A stretch of 64,000 bases of DNA. Source: Abditibacterium sp. GTDB lineage: Bacteria; Armatimonadota; Abditibacteriia; Abditibacteriales; Abditibacteriaceae. The notes under the pieces were generated by a model. That model had not been told where the DNA came from, made no database searches, and saw only the letters and a program-made list of their open reading frames with translations. Position 1 is the first letter of the stretch. Every line of letters begins with the position of its first letter. Shown piece after piece: positions 47,249 to 57,351 of this stretch. The stretch lies in the NCBI GenBank assembly GCA_965246885.1, contig OZ251992.1:512001-576000 (forward strand). The letters are read 5' to 3'. Position numbers and translations under genes: made by a program.

Positions 47249-48157
47249 CTACTTAATGCTGAAGGTGGCGCCGAAGCTTCCCATGTTTTGAGTGCCCGCC
47301 GCGTTGCCATCGTAAGCGCTGTTTTGCGCAGTGGTGGAACTGGCAGGGCTGGGGCCAGCCGAAACGCGGTTTGGCACGAGCCACTTGACGTGACCATCGG
47401 CGAACAGGTAGTTGCCGCCGTTGAAGTGACGCACGTCGTGAGCGGGATTATTGAAGTTGTCAACCGAGGGATAATACTGAGAGTTGTTACGCCCACCCAA
47501 ACCGTGCGTGACATCGCCACCAAAAGCATAGTGACCGTTGCCACCGGCTCCACCGTAGATGTTGTCTTCGCCATCGGTGGTAGGAGACAAGAAACCATTG
47601 GTAGCAGTCGAAGCGTCGCTCACGGCATTTCCCGCCAAAGTGAGGTTGATTTTTAGATCGGGGTTTACGGCAGAACCTTCCAACAACATCACGGTTAAGG
47701 CGCTCGCGTTCAGCGATGCGATAGAAACACTGGGTTTAGCGTCATCGTCTATGTGCAAGTTAGAGTTGAGAAAATACGACAAAGAGTAGTTGGTGACGCC
47801 GGAATAAACAGCCGTGCCGCCCCGTGAATCAGAAGGGCAGGTATAAATTTGCGTCGATTTCACATAAGGGAAAATTTGTCCGGCCCAACCGCTGCCGTTA
47901 CGAGGCTGAGCGCTCGCATCATAAATGATGCCACAAGGGAACTTTTCGTCGTAGTCCTGCGTGTATTGCATAATGCCCAAGCCGATTTGCTTGAGATTGG
48001 ATTGGCAAGAGGCGCGGCGGGCGTTTTCTCTGGCGCGGGCGAAGGCCGGGAACAAGATGGCGGCGAGGATAGCGATAATGGCAATGACGACGAGCAATTC
48101 TATAAGCGTGAATCCTTTAGCAGCACCTCCTCCTTTGGGTTGAACGATGTGTTTCAT
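47249..48157 (-). CDS. Prepilin-type / H-X9-DG (DUF1559-like) protein
   Basis: [37 protein letters not shown]. Confidence 0.92.
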   Translation of the reverse strand: MKHIVQPKGGGAAKGFTLIELLVVIAIIAILAAILFPAFARARENARRASCQSNLKQIGLGIMQYTQDYDEKFPCGIIYDASAQPRNGSGWAGQIFPYVKSTQIYTCPSDSRGGTAVYSGVTNYSLSYFLNSNLHIDDDAKPSVSIASLNASALTVMLLEGSAVNPDLKINLTLAGNAVSDASTATNGFLSPTTDGEDNIYGGAGGNGHYAFGGDVTHGLGGRNNSQYYPSVDNFNNPAHDVRHFNGGNYLFADGHVKWLVPNRVSAGPSPASSTTAQNSAYDGNAAGTQNMGSFGATFSIK

Positions 48158-48322
48158 GATGGTTAGTAGACCGTTGCCGTTCCTTCTTTGCTTCGTAGAC
48201 AGGCGGGCGAAGCGGGTGGCGGCTCAGGCCGATACAACTACAGTGTGCCCAAATCGAGGCCCGTTCTAACACTTGGGGGCGAAGTTTTTTGGAGGGGCGC
48301 TTTGGGCGGGGCCAGTTACACT

Positions 48323-49951
48323 TTAGGCCCGCGCGTGCGCGCGGGAGCGGATGTCGGAAATGGCGCCCCGCAGCGTCGTGTCGCGCTTGAGTTCGGCTTT
48401 GACCTTCTCGTAGGAGTGGATGACCGTCGTGTAATCGCGGTCGAAAGCGCGGCCAATGTCGGGGTAGCTCATGTTGCCCATTTCGCGGGCCAGATACATG
48501 GCGATTTGGCGCGGCATCACGATCTCCTTGTTCCGCTTTTTGCCGAGTAAATCCACCACTTGCATTTTGAAGTGCTCCGCGACAACGTCTATAATGGTTT
48601 CGACGCCGATCTTCACCGTTTCAGCTTCGCTGGTGGTGTAAAAACGAACGGTCTCGGCGGCCAAGTCGAGGTTGATGCGGCGGTGCTCGATGCTGGCCAT
48701 TGCGAGGAGGCGCGTGAGCGCGCCTTCCAACGAGCGGATGTTGGAGCGGATTTTTTCGGCCAAAAAGGTCAGCACTTCGCCGGGGACTTGCACGTTTTCC
48801 AATTGCGCACGGCGCTGCAGGATGGCGATGCGGTGCTCCAAGTCGGGCGGCTCGACGTAGGAAATAAGTCCCCACTCAAAGCGGGAGATGAGGCGGGACT
48901 CGGTGAGTTGCAAGTCCTTGGGGGGTTTGTCCGAGCAGATGACTATCTGTTTGCCTTGGTCGTAGAGCGTGTTGAAGATGTGGAAGAACTCGACCTCCGT
49001 CCGCTCGGCGTTGCAGATGTATTGGATGTCGTCCACCAGCCACACGTCCACGCCCCGGTAGCGGCGGCGGAAGGAAGTCATCTTGTCCTCGCGGATGCAG
49101 CGTACAACTTGATACAGAAAGTTTTCGCCCGATACGTAGGCGATTTCGACGGGGTTGCCGCGCACCTTGTTGATGTGGTGCCCGATGGCTTGCATGAGGT
49201 GCGTTTTGCCCAGCCCGACGCCGCCGTAAAAGAACAGGGGGTTGTATTGCCCTTTGGCGGGCGCGTTGGCGACGGCCCACGCTGCGGCGTGCGACACGTA
49301 GTTGGAGCGCCCCACGATGAAGTTGTCGAAGGTGTATTTTTTGTTGAGGGGCGAGGAGAAGTCCTCGAACTCGGCGAACTTGTCGTCGCCCATTTCCTCT
49401 TTGCGCGACTTCTTTGTGGGCGTTGGGGTGATGGTGCGCGGCGGCGCTTCGACTTCGACCGGAAGCGCAATGGGCGTAGGGGCTTCCACTGCGGCGACGG
49501 TGGGAAGCGCGGCGACGGCGGGAAGTTCTTCGGCGGGCGCGGCTTGGTCGGCAGAAACGATCTGAAACGCCAGAATGACGGGACGCCCCAGAAATTGTTC
49601 GAGCGTTTCTTCCATGCGGCGCGCGAAGCGGCGCATGAGCCAATCCTTGACGAAATCCGAGGGCGCCGCGAGGGTTAAGCGGTCGCTGGTCAGGCGCAAG
49701 GGGCGGACGTGGCGGAGGTAGTTTTGAAACGTGGGGCCGGACAGTTCGCTTTGCAGGGCGTCCATGACTTCCTTCCATGCCGCGTCCATCATTTCGGCGG
49801 GTTGGGATTGGCCCAAGCCGACGTCTTGCAAAACTGGTTCGGGCGGCGCGGGGGGCGTGTCGAGGGCTTGCGCGACGGCGCGTTCGACGGGCGATTCAAA
49901 TTCCCATGAGGAATCAAGCGAGGGTTGGCGTTGGGCTGCGGCGTCCGACAT
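48323..49951 (-). CDS. dnaA: Chromosomal replication initiator
   Basis: YTFDNF, YNPLF.YGGVGLGKTHL, DDIQ, FFHIFN, RL.SRFEWG, NIRSLEGAL, PRQIAMYL, RDYTTV.H. Confidence 0.98.
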   Translation of the reverse strand: MSDAAAQRQPSLDSSWEFESPVERAVAQALDTPPAPPEPVLQDVGLGQSQPAEMMDAAWKEVMDALQSELSGPTFQNYLRHVRPLRLTSDRLTLAAPSDFVKDWLMRRFARRMEETLEQFLGRPVILAFQIVSADQAAPAEELPAVAALPTVAAVEAPTPIALPVEVEAPPRTITPTPTKKSRKEEMGDDKFAEFEDFSSPLNKKYTFDNFIVGRSNYVSHAAAWAVANAPAKGQYNPLFFYGGVGLGKTHLMQAIGHHINKVRGNPVEIAYVSGENFLYQVVRCIREDKMTSFRRRYRGVDVWLVDDIQYICNAERTEVEFFHIFNTLYDQGKQIVICSDKPPKDLQLTESRLISRFEWGLISYVEPPDLEHRIAILQRRAQLENVQVPGEVLTFLAEKIRSNIRSLEGALTRLLAMASIEHRRINLDLAAETVRFYTTSEAETVKIGVETIIDVVAEHFKMQVVDLLGKKRNKEIVMPRQIAMYLAREMGNMSYPDIGRAFDRDYTTVIHSYEKVKAELKRDTTLRGAISDIRSRAHARA

Positions 49952-50075
49952 CGTTGTTTGTCCTTGCGCGTTTCACGGCGCGGCAACCAGTTGGTTGCCA
50001 TTTTCGTCCCGCTTCACCTCAAGGGGAGCGAGTGTAACCCCGTTTCGACGGGGGCCGACGCCGCGTTTTGTCGAG

Positions 50076-50107
50076 TTATCCCCAGAGTTATCCCTGCATA
50101 AGGATAA
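50076..50107. promoter_or_regulatory. Cluster of three degenerate DnaA-box-like 9-mers upstream of dnaA
   Basis: TTATCCCCA (50076), TTATCCCTG (50088), reverse TTATCCTTA (50099-50107) vs consensus TTATCCACA. Confidence 0.55.
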
Positions 50108-50330
50108 CTGGGGCAAAACTGGGCAAAGCGGCGCGGCGTGCGGGCGGGCGAAAAGAAGGGCGGCAAAAGCGCACCACCGGGCCAATGCAAAAATATGGAG
50201 GCCGCGACTCGCGCGGCAGATGCCATTTTAGGCGCCTTGCGTATAGAATTCAATAGCGCGACCCATTTATTTTTTCCTGTTAGACTGTGCCCGCTTTTCC
50301 GGCGCTCGTCTGTGCGTCGGGGGAACCATT

Positions 50331-50468
50331 ATGAAACGCACCTATCAACCCAAAAAGCGCCCGCGCGCCCGCAAGCTGGGCTTTCGCGCTCGCATGGCCA
50401 CGCCCGGAGGCCGCCAAGTCATTTCGCGCCGCCGCGCGCGCGGTCGCCGCAAACTGACGCAGGTCTAA
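50331..50468 (+). CDS. rpmH: 50S ribosomal protein L34
   Basis: [45 protein letters not shown]; divergent from dnaA. Confidence 0.97.
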   Translation: MKRTYQPKKRPRARKLGFRARMATPGGRQVISRRRARGRRKLTQV

Positions 50469-50488
50469 CCGGCCATTTCGTCTTTCAT

Positions 50489-50520
50489 AAGCCCGCCAGC
50501 AATGGCGGGTTTTTTGTTTG
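50489..50520 (+). terminator. Intrinsic terminator after rpmH
   Basis: AAGCCCGCCA-gcaa-TGGCGGGTTTTTT. Confidence 0.8.
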
Positions 50521-50576
50521 CGCCGCTCCAAAGCTCCGGTCGAAGATTCTTCGGAAGAGTTAGCTCCATCTTCCAT

Positions 50577-50665
50577 CCATTTACGTAATTCATCGGCTGG
50601 CGCGTACAATCTATCGGTGGCGCGTACAATTCAACGGTTGGCGCGTACAATTTATCGGTCGACGC
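50577..50665. repeat. Tandem 20-21-bp repeats
   Basis: TGGCGCGTACAATYYAWCGG x3 plus a degenerate flanking unit. Confidence 0.8.
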
Positions 50666-50749
50666 GGGCCTGTCACTCATCGGCGCGCCTGTGTCCTCGC
50701 GTGGCGCAGGTCTGTTGGGGACTCCAATAGGTTAAACCTGCTTGCGCCT

Positions 50750-51370
50750 ATGAACCGTTCGCAACTCTTTTTGCCCTTGGCGCTTTCTCTTGCCCTCGCG
50801 CCCGTTTGCGCGGCGCCGACCTATCGCCGCGCGCCGCAAGTTAACCCCGCGCTCAACCGCTTCTCCGTTCCGACGCCGCCTGCCTCGCTCAAGATTTCGG
50901 CCCGCCCGCGCGTCGTTTTGCTAACCAATCGCGGCCCGATTACGCTTGAACTGAACAAGGCCGCCGCGCCGCTTCACGTGCGCTCGTTCGTGTTTTTGGT
51001 GAAGCGCGGCTTTTACAACGGCACGAAGTTCCACCGCTTCGCCGACTTGACCGGGCAAGGCGGGAAGATCATCCAAGGCGGCGACCCTTCGACCAAAGTC
51101 CCCGCTCTGGCCCGCTTCAAGGGGCAGGGTGGGCCGGGCTACGAAGTGCCGCTCGAAATATCGGGCCTGAAACACGACAAGCTGACCATCGCTGCCGCGC
51201 GCACTCCCGATCCGAACTCGGCGGGTAGCCAGTTCTACATCTGCCAAGGCCCGGTGCATTTTCTCGACGGGCAGTACACGGTCTTCGGCAAAGTGGTAGC
51301 GGGCCAAGGCGCGGCTTTGGCGCTCAAGCAGGGCGATACGATTAAGTCGGCGCGCGTTGTGAAACCGTAG
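50750..51370 (+). CDS. Secreted cyclophilin-type peptidyl-prolyl isomerase
   Basis: GFYNGTKFHR, IQGGDP, SAGSQFYI, LDGQYTVFG. Confidence 0.92.
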   Translation: MNRSQLFLPLALSLALAPVCAAPTYRRAPQVNPALNRFSVPTPPASLKISARPRVVLLTNRGPITLELNKAAAPLHVRSFVFLVKRGFYNGTKFHRFADLTGQGGKIIQGGDPSTKVPALARFKGQGGPGYEVPLEISGLKHDKLTIAAARTPDPNSAGSQFYICQGPVHFLDGQYTVFGKVVAGQGAALALKQGDTIKSARVVKP

Positions 51371-51388
51371 CCGGAAGGGGCGCCGCTC

Positions 51389-51546
51389 TTTCTAACCGCA
51401 GATGCAGGCGGATTGACGCCGATGTTTTTTTGGATTTGGGGTGAGTCGTGAGCGATTGGATTGGTTTTATCCACCGGCGTGGCGACCCCTCCCCTCCCCA
51501 TCTTTTCTTTTATCTGCGTTAATCCGCGTGCATCTGCGGTTAGAAA
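51389..51546. repeat. 35-bp terminal inverted repeat element
   Basis: TTTCTAACCGCAGATGCA... / ...TGCATCTGCGGTTAGAAA, 3 mismatches; followed by CTCYGTG 10-bp-period repeats to about 51590. Confidence 0.8.
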
Positions 51547-51652
51547 ACCTCCGTGACTCTCCGCGCGTTCTCCGTGCCCTCTGTGGCTAAACTTCTCCTA
51601 TATGAGTCAGCCCGCCTTGCGCCCAAGGGTGCGAGCGGGCTTTTTGCCGTTT

Positions 51653-54600
51653 ATGCATTTGCTTGACCTCCTCGATTCGTACGCGCCGTTTCAGAAGTTA
51701 GTCTTTAAAGCGCAGGCCAAGGCGCTGGCCGCGCCGGTTCGCATCGAGAACGCGCCGCCGACTTCGTGGGCGCCACTCGCGGCGCTGTTGGCGCGGCGCA
51801 CGGAAAAAACCGTCGTGCTAGTGTGCCCGACATCCGAAGCGGGCGAGAACGCCCTACTCGATCTGACGACGCTTAGGGGCGAGGACGACGCGCCGCTTTA
51901 TTTTCCCGCTCCCGACCGGGCGTTGCTCGACGAGGACGACGACCGCAACGCGACGCAGGAACGGTTGGCGGTGCTGGATGCGCTCCATCGGCAAAGCGGG
52001 GTGATAGTCGTAACGACGGCGACAGCGCTCGCGCACCCGACGCTACCGCTCAAAGAACTGGTGCAGGGTTACGACGAACTCAAGACGGGGCAGAAGTTGG
52101 GGCGCGACGACTTTATCTTGCACCTCGCGGAAGCGGGGTATGAGCGCGTCGAGGAAGTCGAAGCGCCGGGGCAGTTCGCGCTACGCGGGGGCATCGTGGA
52201 CTTCTACCCGCCTGCCGGGGGCGTGCCGATTCGCTTGGAACTGTGGGGCGATGAGATAGATTCTCTCCGAAGTTTCGACCTCGAATCGCAGCGTTCGACG
52301 GGCAAGCTGCCCTCGATTCGCCTCACGCCGCCGCGCGAACTGTTCCTGTCGGTAGCCAAGGGCCGCGAGATAGCGGCGCAACTCAAGACCGCGCTCGCGG
52401 AGCAGCTACCGCGCCTGAGCGCCTTTCCCGACGACGCGCGGCAACTGAAGGAGCGGACGGAGATAGAGATTGGACGCTTGGAGCACGGCACGTATTTTCG
52501 GGGCGTGGAGCGCTACCGGGGTTTATTGTATCCGCAGCACCCGACGCTGTTCGACCATCTGCCGCCGGATGCGCTCGTCGTGTTCGCCGACCCCGACCGG
52601 GGGGCGTCGCAAACGGCGCGGCTGTTGGAGGAAAACGCGGCTTTCCACGCGGATGACGTGCTGCCGCTTCCGCCGTCGCTGTGCGATTGGAACGAACTAC
52701 GGACGCGGGCGGGGAAGTGGACGCGCTTGGAGTTGCGGGCGAGTGCCGACGAGGATGCGGACTTCGACTTGGACGCGCACGCGCCGCCCGCTTTCGCCGG
52801 AAACCTTCCGCAACTGGGCAACTACCTGCGCGAAGCGCAGTTTAAGGGGGACGTGCTGGTGTGCGCAACCTCCCATGCGCGCCGCGTGCGGGAGATACTG
52901 GCGGATCAAAAGATAGGCAAAGTGGCGCTGATAGACGAGCTTCCCAAAGCGGAAGGCGGGCAAGTGTTGGTGCTGCCGCACCGCTTGACGGGCGGCTTTC
53001 GCTGGGGCGGGGTGGCGGTTCTGTGCGATGTGGAAATGTTCGGGTGGCAGACGTTCCAGCCGCGCGTCTCGACCCGCAACCGCAAGAAGAAGGGCGCGGG
53101 CACCAAGTTCTCGGCGGAGTCCTCGCCGCTCGCCCGCTTTGGAGACCTAATTGTGGGGGACTACGTGGTGCATATCAATCACGGCATCGCCCGTTATGGG
53201 GGCGTCGTCCAGCGCGAACTGGGCGGCGCGGTGAATGAGTATCTCGCTCTCGAATACGAAGGGCAAGACCGCTTGTATGTGCCGGTCGCGCAGTTGGATC
53301 GCATCCAGAAATACCTCGGTTCCGACGCCGCCGTGCCCGCGCTGACGCCGCTCAAGGGCGGGGTGTGGGAACGCGCTAAAGCGAAGGCCAAGGAAGAAGC
53401 AGTGAAGGCGGCGCAGGACTTGGCGGTGCTGTACGCCGCCCGCGAGAAAGCGCACAAGAAGCCGTTCGCGCCGGACTCGATGTGGCAGAGGGAAATGGAA
53501 TCGTCCTTCCCCTTCGAGGAGACGCCTTCGCAGTTGCAAGCTATCAAGGACGCCAAGGCCGACATGGAACAGCCGCGCCCGATGGACAGGCTGGTGTGCG
53601 GCGACGTGGGCTTTGGCAAGACCGAAGTGGCGGTGCGGGCGGCGTTCAAGGCCGTGCAGGACGGGCGCCAAGTCGCGGTGCTGGTGCCCACCACAGTTTT
53701 GGCGCAGCAGCACTTCCAGACGTTTTCGGAGCGGATGGGCGCTTATCCGGTGCGCTTGGAAGTGGTGTCGCGCTTCAAAACGGCGACGGAAATCAAGCGC
53801 GTGTTGGAATCGCTCGAAAGCGGCGCGGTGGATATTGTCGTCGGCACGCACCGCCTCATTCAACCGGACGTGCGCTTCCACGACTTGGGGCTGGTCGTTG
53901 TGGACGAGGAGCAACGCTTTGGCGTGTTGCAAAAGGAGCGCCTCAAAGAACTGCGCGCCGAAGTGGACATTTTGACGATGAGCGCGACGCCCATCCCGCG
54001 CACGCTTCAACTGGCGCTGGGCGGACTGCGCGAGATTTCTCTTATCACCGACCCGCCGCAGGGCCGCCTTCCGATTAGGACGTATGTCATGGCGATGAAG
54101 GACGGCGTCTTGAAAGCGGCCATCGAGCGCGAATTGGAGCGCGAGGGGCAGGTCTTTCTGGTGCACAACCGCATCGAAACGATTGGGCAGATCGCGGAGA
54201 AGGTGCAAAAGCTCGTTCCCAACGCGCGCATCAGCGTCGGGCATGGGCAGATGGGCGACGAAGAGTTGGAGCAAGTCTTTCTGGACTTCATCAACCATCG
54301 CACCGACGTATTAATTGCCACCACAATTATCGAGAACGGCATTGACTTGCCCAACGCCAACACCATCATTTGCGACGGCGCCGACCGGTTGGGGCTGAGC
54401 CAGATGTACCAGCTACGGGGCCGCGTCGGACGGAGTCAGCGCCAAGCGTACGCTTACTTTTTTCACGGCAGCCGGGGGCGCTTGCCCAAGGACGCCGAAG
54501 ACCGCTTCGCCGCCATTCAGGAGAACACCGACTTGGGCGCGGGGTTCCGTATCGCCATGCGCGACCTCGAAATACGCGGCGCGGGCGACGTGCTGGGCCT

Positions 54601-55195
54601 CAAGCAAAGCGGCACCATCGCGGCAGTGGGCATGGAGTTGTATTCGCAGTTCCTGAGCGAAGCCGTCGCCAAAGGGCGTGGCGAGCGCGTGCGCCATGTC
54701 CGCTTGGAGGAACTCCCCGAAGCCGACTTGCCCTTGCCCGCGCTGCTACCCGACTCCTACATCCAAGACGACGCGGAGCGCTTGCGCTTGTATCGCCAGA
54801 TGACCGGCGCGCGCAGTTTGGACGACGTGACAGCCATTCAAGAGGAACTGCGCGACCGTTTCGGCCCGCTCCCGCCGCCTGCTTTCAACCTGCTGCGCAC
54901 GCTCAAAGTCCGCATTGGGTTGCTCCGCGCGCGCCTGAGGAGCATCACCAAGTCGGGCGACGAAATCCTGCTGCGCTTGCAACCGGGCGATTCCTTCGCG
55001 CCCGCCGACCTCAAAGCCGTCGAGCGCGCCGTCAAGGAAAAAGACGCGCGCTCCGAGCAGCACATCTCGCTGCGCAAGTTGGAGGGATTGGCCATCAAGA
55101 CGCGCACGCTCGGGCCGCCGCAGATGCTGAAACTGGTGGAGGTGTTGGTCGAGGCGCTGGCGGAAGAGCGGGAGAAGCGGTTAAGTCCTGAATAA
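51653..55195 (+). CDS. mfd: Transcription-repair coupling factor
   Basis: RGGIVD, VVH..HGI.RY, DRLVCGDVGFGKTEVA, DEEQRFG, SATPIPRT, QLRGRVGR, DLEIRGAG; start 51602 or 51653. Confidence 0.97.
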   Translation: MHLLDLLDSYAPFQKLVFKAQAKALAAPVRIENAPPTSWAPLAALLARRTEKTVVLVCPTSEAGENALLDLTTLRGEDDAPLYFPAPDRALLDEDDDRNATQERLAVLDALHRQSGVIVVTTATALAHPTLPLKELVQGYDELKTGQKLGRDDFILHLAEAGYERVEEVEAPGQFALRGGIVDFYPPAGGVPIRLELWGDEIDSLRSFDLESQRSTGKLPSIRLTPPRELFLSVAKGREIAAQLKTALAEQLPRLSAFPDDARQLKERTEIEIGRLEHGTYFRGVERYRGLLYPQHPTLFDHLPPDALVVFADPDRGASQTARLLEENAAFHADDVLPLPPSLCDWNELRTRAGKWTRLELRASADEDADFDLDAHAPPAFAGNLPQLGNYLREAQFKGDVLVCATSHARRVREILADQKIGKVALIDELPKAEGGQVLVLPHRLTGGFRWGGVAVLCDVEMFGWQTFQPRVSTRNRKKKGAGTKFSAESSPLARFGDLIVGDYVVHINHGIARYGGVVQRELGGAVNEYLALEYEGQDRLYVPVAQLDRIQKYLGSDAAVPALTPLKGGVWERAKAKAKEEAVKAAQDLAVLYAAREKAHKKPFAPDSMWQREMESSFPFEETPSQLQAIKDAKADMEQPRPMDRLVCGDVGFGKTEVAVRAAFKAVQDGRQVAVLVPTTVLAQQHFQTFSERMGAYPVRLEVVSRFKTATEIKRVLESLESGAVDIVVGTHRLIQPDVRFHDLGLVVVDEEQRFGVLQKERLKELRAEVDILTMSATPIPRTLQLALGGLREISLITDPPQGRLPIRTYVMAMKDGVLKAAIERELEREGQVFLVHNRIETIGQIAEKVQKLVPNARISVGHGQMGDEELEQVFLDFINHRTDVLIATTIIENGIDLPNANTIICDGADRLGLSQMYQLRGRVGRSQRQAYAYFFHGSRGRLPKDAEDRFAAIQENTDLGAGFRIAMRDLEIRGAGDVLGLKQSGTIAAVGMELYSQFLSEAVAKGRGERVRHVRLEELPEADLPLPALLPDSYIQDDAERLRLYRQMTGARSLDDVTAIQEELRDRFGPLPPPAFNLLRTLKVRIGLLRARLRSITKSGDEILLRLQPGDSFAPADLKAVERAVKEKDARSEQHISLRKLEGLAIKTRTLGPPQMLKLVEVLVEALAEEREKRLSPE

Positions 55196-55213
55196 TTCCG
55201 GGAACTCTGAGTT

Positions 55214-55350
55214 CCCGGCCATGAATGGCCGGGCTACACGTTGGCTTCGCCAACCACTGGCCACCTGCGTGGCCACCCGAACTGCATGTTGCCCGCGAAG
55301 GCGGGCAGTGGCGCTGAAGGCGCGTATAGCCCGGTGCTTTAGCGCCGGGC
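55214..55350. repeat. REPIN-like palindromic element upstream of the transposase
   Basis: CCCGGCCATGAATGGCCGGGCTACACG ... CGTATAGCCCGGTGCTTTAGCGCCGGG, with internal hairpins (GTTGGC-ttc-GCCAAC, GCCCGC-gaag-GCGGGC). Confidence 0.7.
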
Positions 55351-55371
55351 ACTTGTGATTGACTACGAGCG

Positions 55372-55800
55372 ATGCCCTACATCTCACTCGTCAATCATTT
55401 CGTCTGGGCGACGTGGGATCGGCTCGACCTAATACAGCCTTCATGGGAAGGCGCTTTGTTCGCGCAAATCCGGCGCGATTGCGCTCGATTAGAGGCGACT
55501 GTCTTGGCGCTTAATGGAACGGAAAACCACGTCCATCTGCTGGTGGGCCTCAAGGCGACGGCGGCGCCCGCGCTCTTTGTTGGCGAAATTAAGGGCAGTT
55601 CCTCGTTCGTAGTCAACGAGAAACGGTGGTTCGACGGTTACTTCAAGTGGCAGGGCGAATACGCGGCCCACTCTGTCTCTCGTTGGGACACCAACCGAAT
55701 CCAAAGTTACATAGACCGACAAAAGGAACACCACACGGCGGGCACGGCCATCGCGCGGCTCGAACTGCCGCCCCTCCAGTTAATGAGAGGCAACGCGTGA
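55372..55800 (+). mobile_element. tnpA: IS200/IS605-type (Y1 HUH, possibly REP-associated) transposase
   Basis: HFVWAT..R, NHVHLL (HUH), IKG.SS, WQ.EY...SVS, YI..QKEHH; no tnpB. Confidence 0.9.
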
Positions 55801-55826
55801 TAAAATAGCCCTTACCGCAATTCATC

Positions 55827-57344
55827 ATGGCACTTCTTCTGGGCATAGACATCGGCACGAGTGGCACAAAGGCCATCGCCGTAGACGAGACGGGAAAACT
55901 GGTCGCTTCGGCGAGCGCGGAATATGAACTGTTGACCCCTCACCCATTGTGGGCCGAGCAACGCCCGCGCGACTGGTGGGACGCGACGTGCAAAGTCTGC
56001 CGCGCCATTGTCGCGCAGGTCGGCGCCGACAACATCGCGTCCGTTGGCCTGTCCGGGCAGATGCACGGGCTCGTCATGCTCGACAAAGATGGGCAGGTGC
56101 TGCGCGACGCCATCCTGTGGTGCGACGGGCGCACGCAAGCGCAGTGCGACCAAATCACCTCGCTCGTCGGGCGCGAAACGCTCGTCGCCGAAACCGCCAA
56201 CCCCGTGTTGACGGGCTTCACCGCGCCCAAGATTCTGTGGGTTCGCCAGCATGAGCCGCGCATCGGCGAGGCCGCGCGGATGCACCTGTTGCCCAAAGAT
56301 TACATCCGCTTCGAGCTAACGGGCGAATACGCGACCGAGGTGTCGGACGCTTCGGGGACTTCATTGCTCAACGTGCCGGAGCGCCGATGGAGCGAGAAGG
56401 TTTGCGCGGCGCTCGACATTGCACTCGACACCCTGCCGCGCGTGTATGAATCGTTCGAGGTGTCGGGCCGCATCTCATCGAAGGGCGCCCTCGCAACCGG
56501 GCTGAAAGAGGGCACGCCCGTCGTGGGCGGCGGCGGCGACCAAGCGGCGGGCGCGGTCGGCAACGGCATCGTGCGAAGCGGAATTATTTCCGTCGCGTCC
56601 GGCACGTCGGGCGTAGTGTTCGCCTTCGCCGATTCGCCCGCCGTTGACCCGCAATTGCGGATGCACACGTTCTGTCACGCCGTCCCCGGCAAGTGGCACA
56701 TCATGGGCGTGATGCTGAGCGCGGGCGGGAGTTTGCGCTGGTTCCGCGATACCCTCGCCAACCCCGAAAAAGCGGTCGCGGCGCAGATGGGCGTTGACCC
56801 CTACGAACTCATCACGCGCGAGGCCGCGCAAATCCCGGCTGGCGCCGAAGGGCTGCTCTTCTTGCCCTATCTCACGGGCGAAAGGACGCCGCACCCCGAC
56901 CCGCTCGCGCGCGGCGCGTTCGTGGGATTGACGGTGCGGCACACCAAAGCGCACATGGCGCGCGCCGTGTTGGAGGGCGTGTCGTTTGGCTTGCGCGACA
57001 GTTTGGAGATCATGAAGTCCATGCACATCTCGATTGGCAACGCGCGCGCGAGCGGCGGCGGCGCCAAATCGGATGTGTGGCGCCAAATCCAAGCCGACGT
57101 GTTCGGGCTGCCGCTTTCGACCATCGCCATAGACGAAGGCCCCGCCTTGGGCGCCGCGCTTCTGGCGGGCGTGGGCGCGGGCCTCTATTCGAGCGTCGAG
57201 GAAGCGTGCGACGCCGTCGTAAAAACTGGCGGCGCGACCCGCGTGAACGAAGCCAACGCCGCACTCTACGACCGTTTATACCCGCACTACGCCGCGCTGT
57301 ATCCCGCGCTCAAAGATTCCTTCGCGCGCTTAAGCGGGTTTTAG
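55827..57344 (+). CDS. xylB: Xylulokinase
   Basis: GIDIGTSGTK, SGQMHG, ILWCDGR, DASGT, PYLTGERTPH. Confidence 0.92.
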   Translation: MALLLGIDIGTSGTKAIAVDETGKLVASASAEYELLTPHPLWAEQRPRDWWDATCKVCRAIVAQVGADNIASVGLSGQMHGLVMLDKDGQVLRDAILWCDGRTQAQCDQITSLVGRETLVAETANPVLTGFTAPKILWVRQHEPRIGEAARMHLLPKDYIRFELTGEYATEVSDASGTSLLNVPERRWSEKVCAALDIALDTLPRVYESFEVSGRISSKGALATGLKEGTPVVGGGGDQAAGAVGNGIVRSGIISVASGTSGVVFAFADSPAVDPQLRMHTFCHAVPGKWHIMGVMLSAGGSLRWFRDTLANPEKAVAAQMGVDPYELITREAAQIPAGAEGLLFLPYLTGERTPHPDPLARGAFVGLTVRHTKAHMARAVLEGVSFGLRDSLEIMKSMHISIGNARASGGGAKSDVWRQIQADVFGLPLSTIAIDEGPALGAALLAGVGAGLYSSVEEACDAVVKTGGATRVNEANAALYDRLYPHYAALYPALKDSFARLSGF

Positions 57345-57351
57345 GGCCGAT

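Noticed and set aside
51468..51476. TTATCCACC as an oriC DnaA box
   Set aside because: Single imperfect box inside a repeat element; insufficient evidence.
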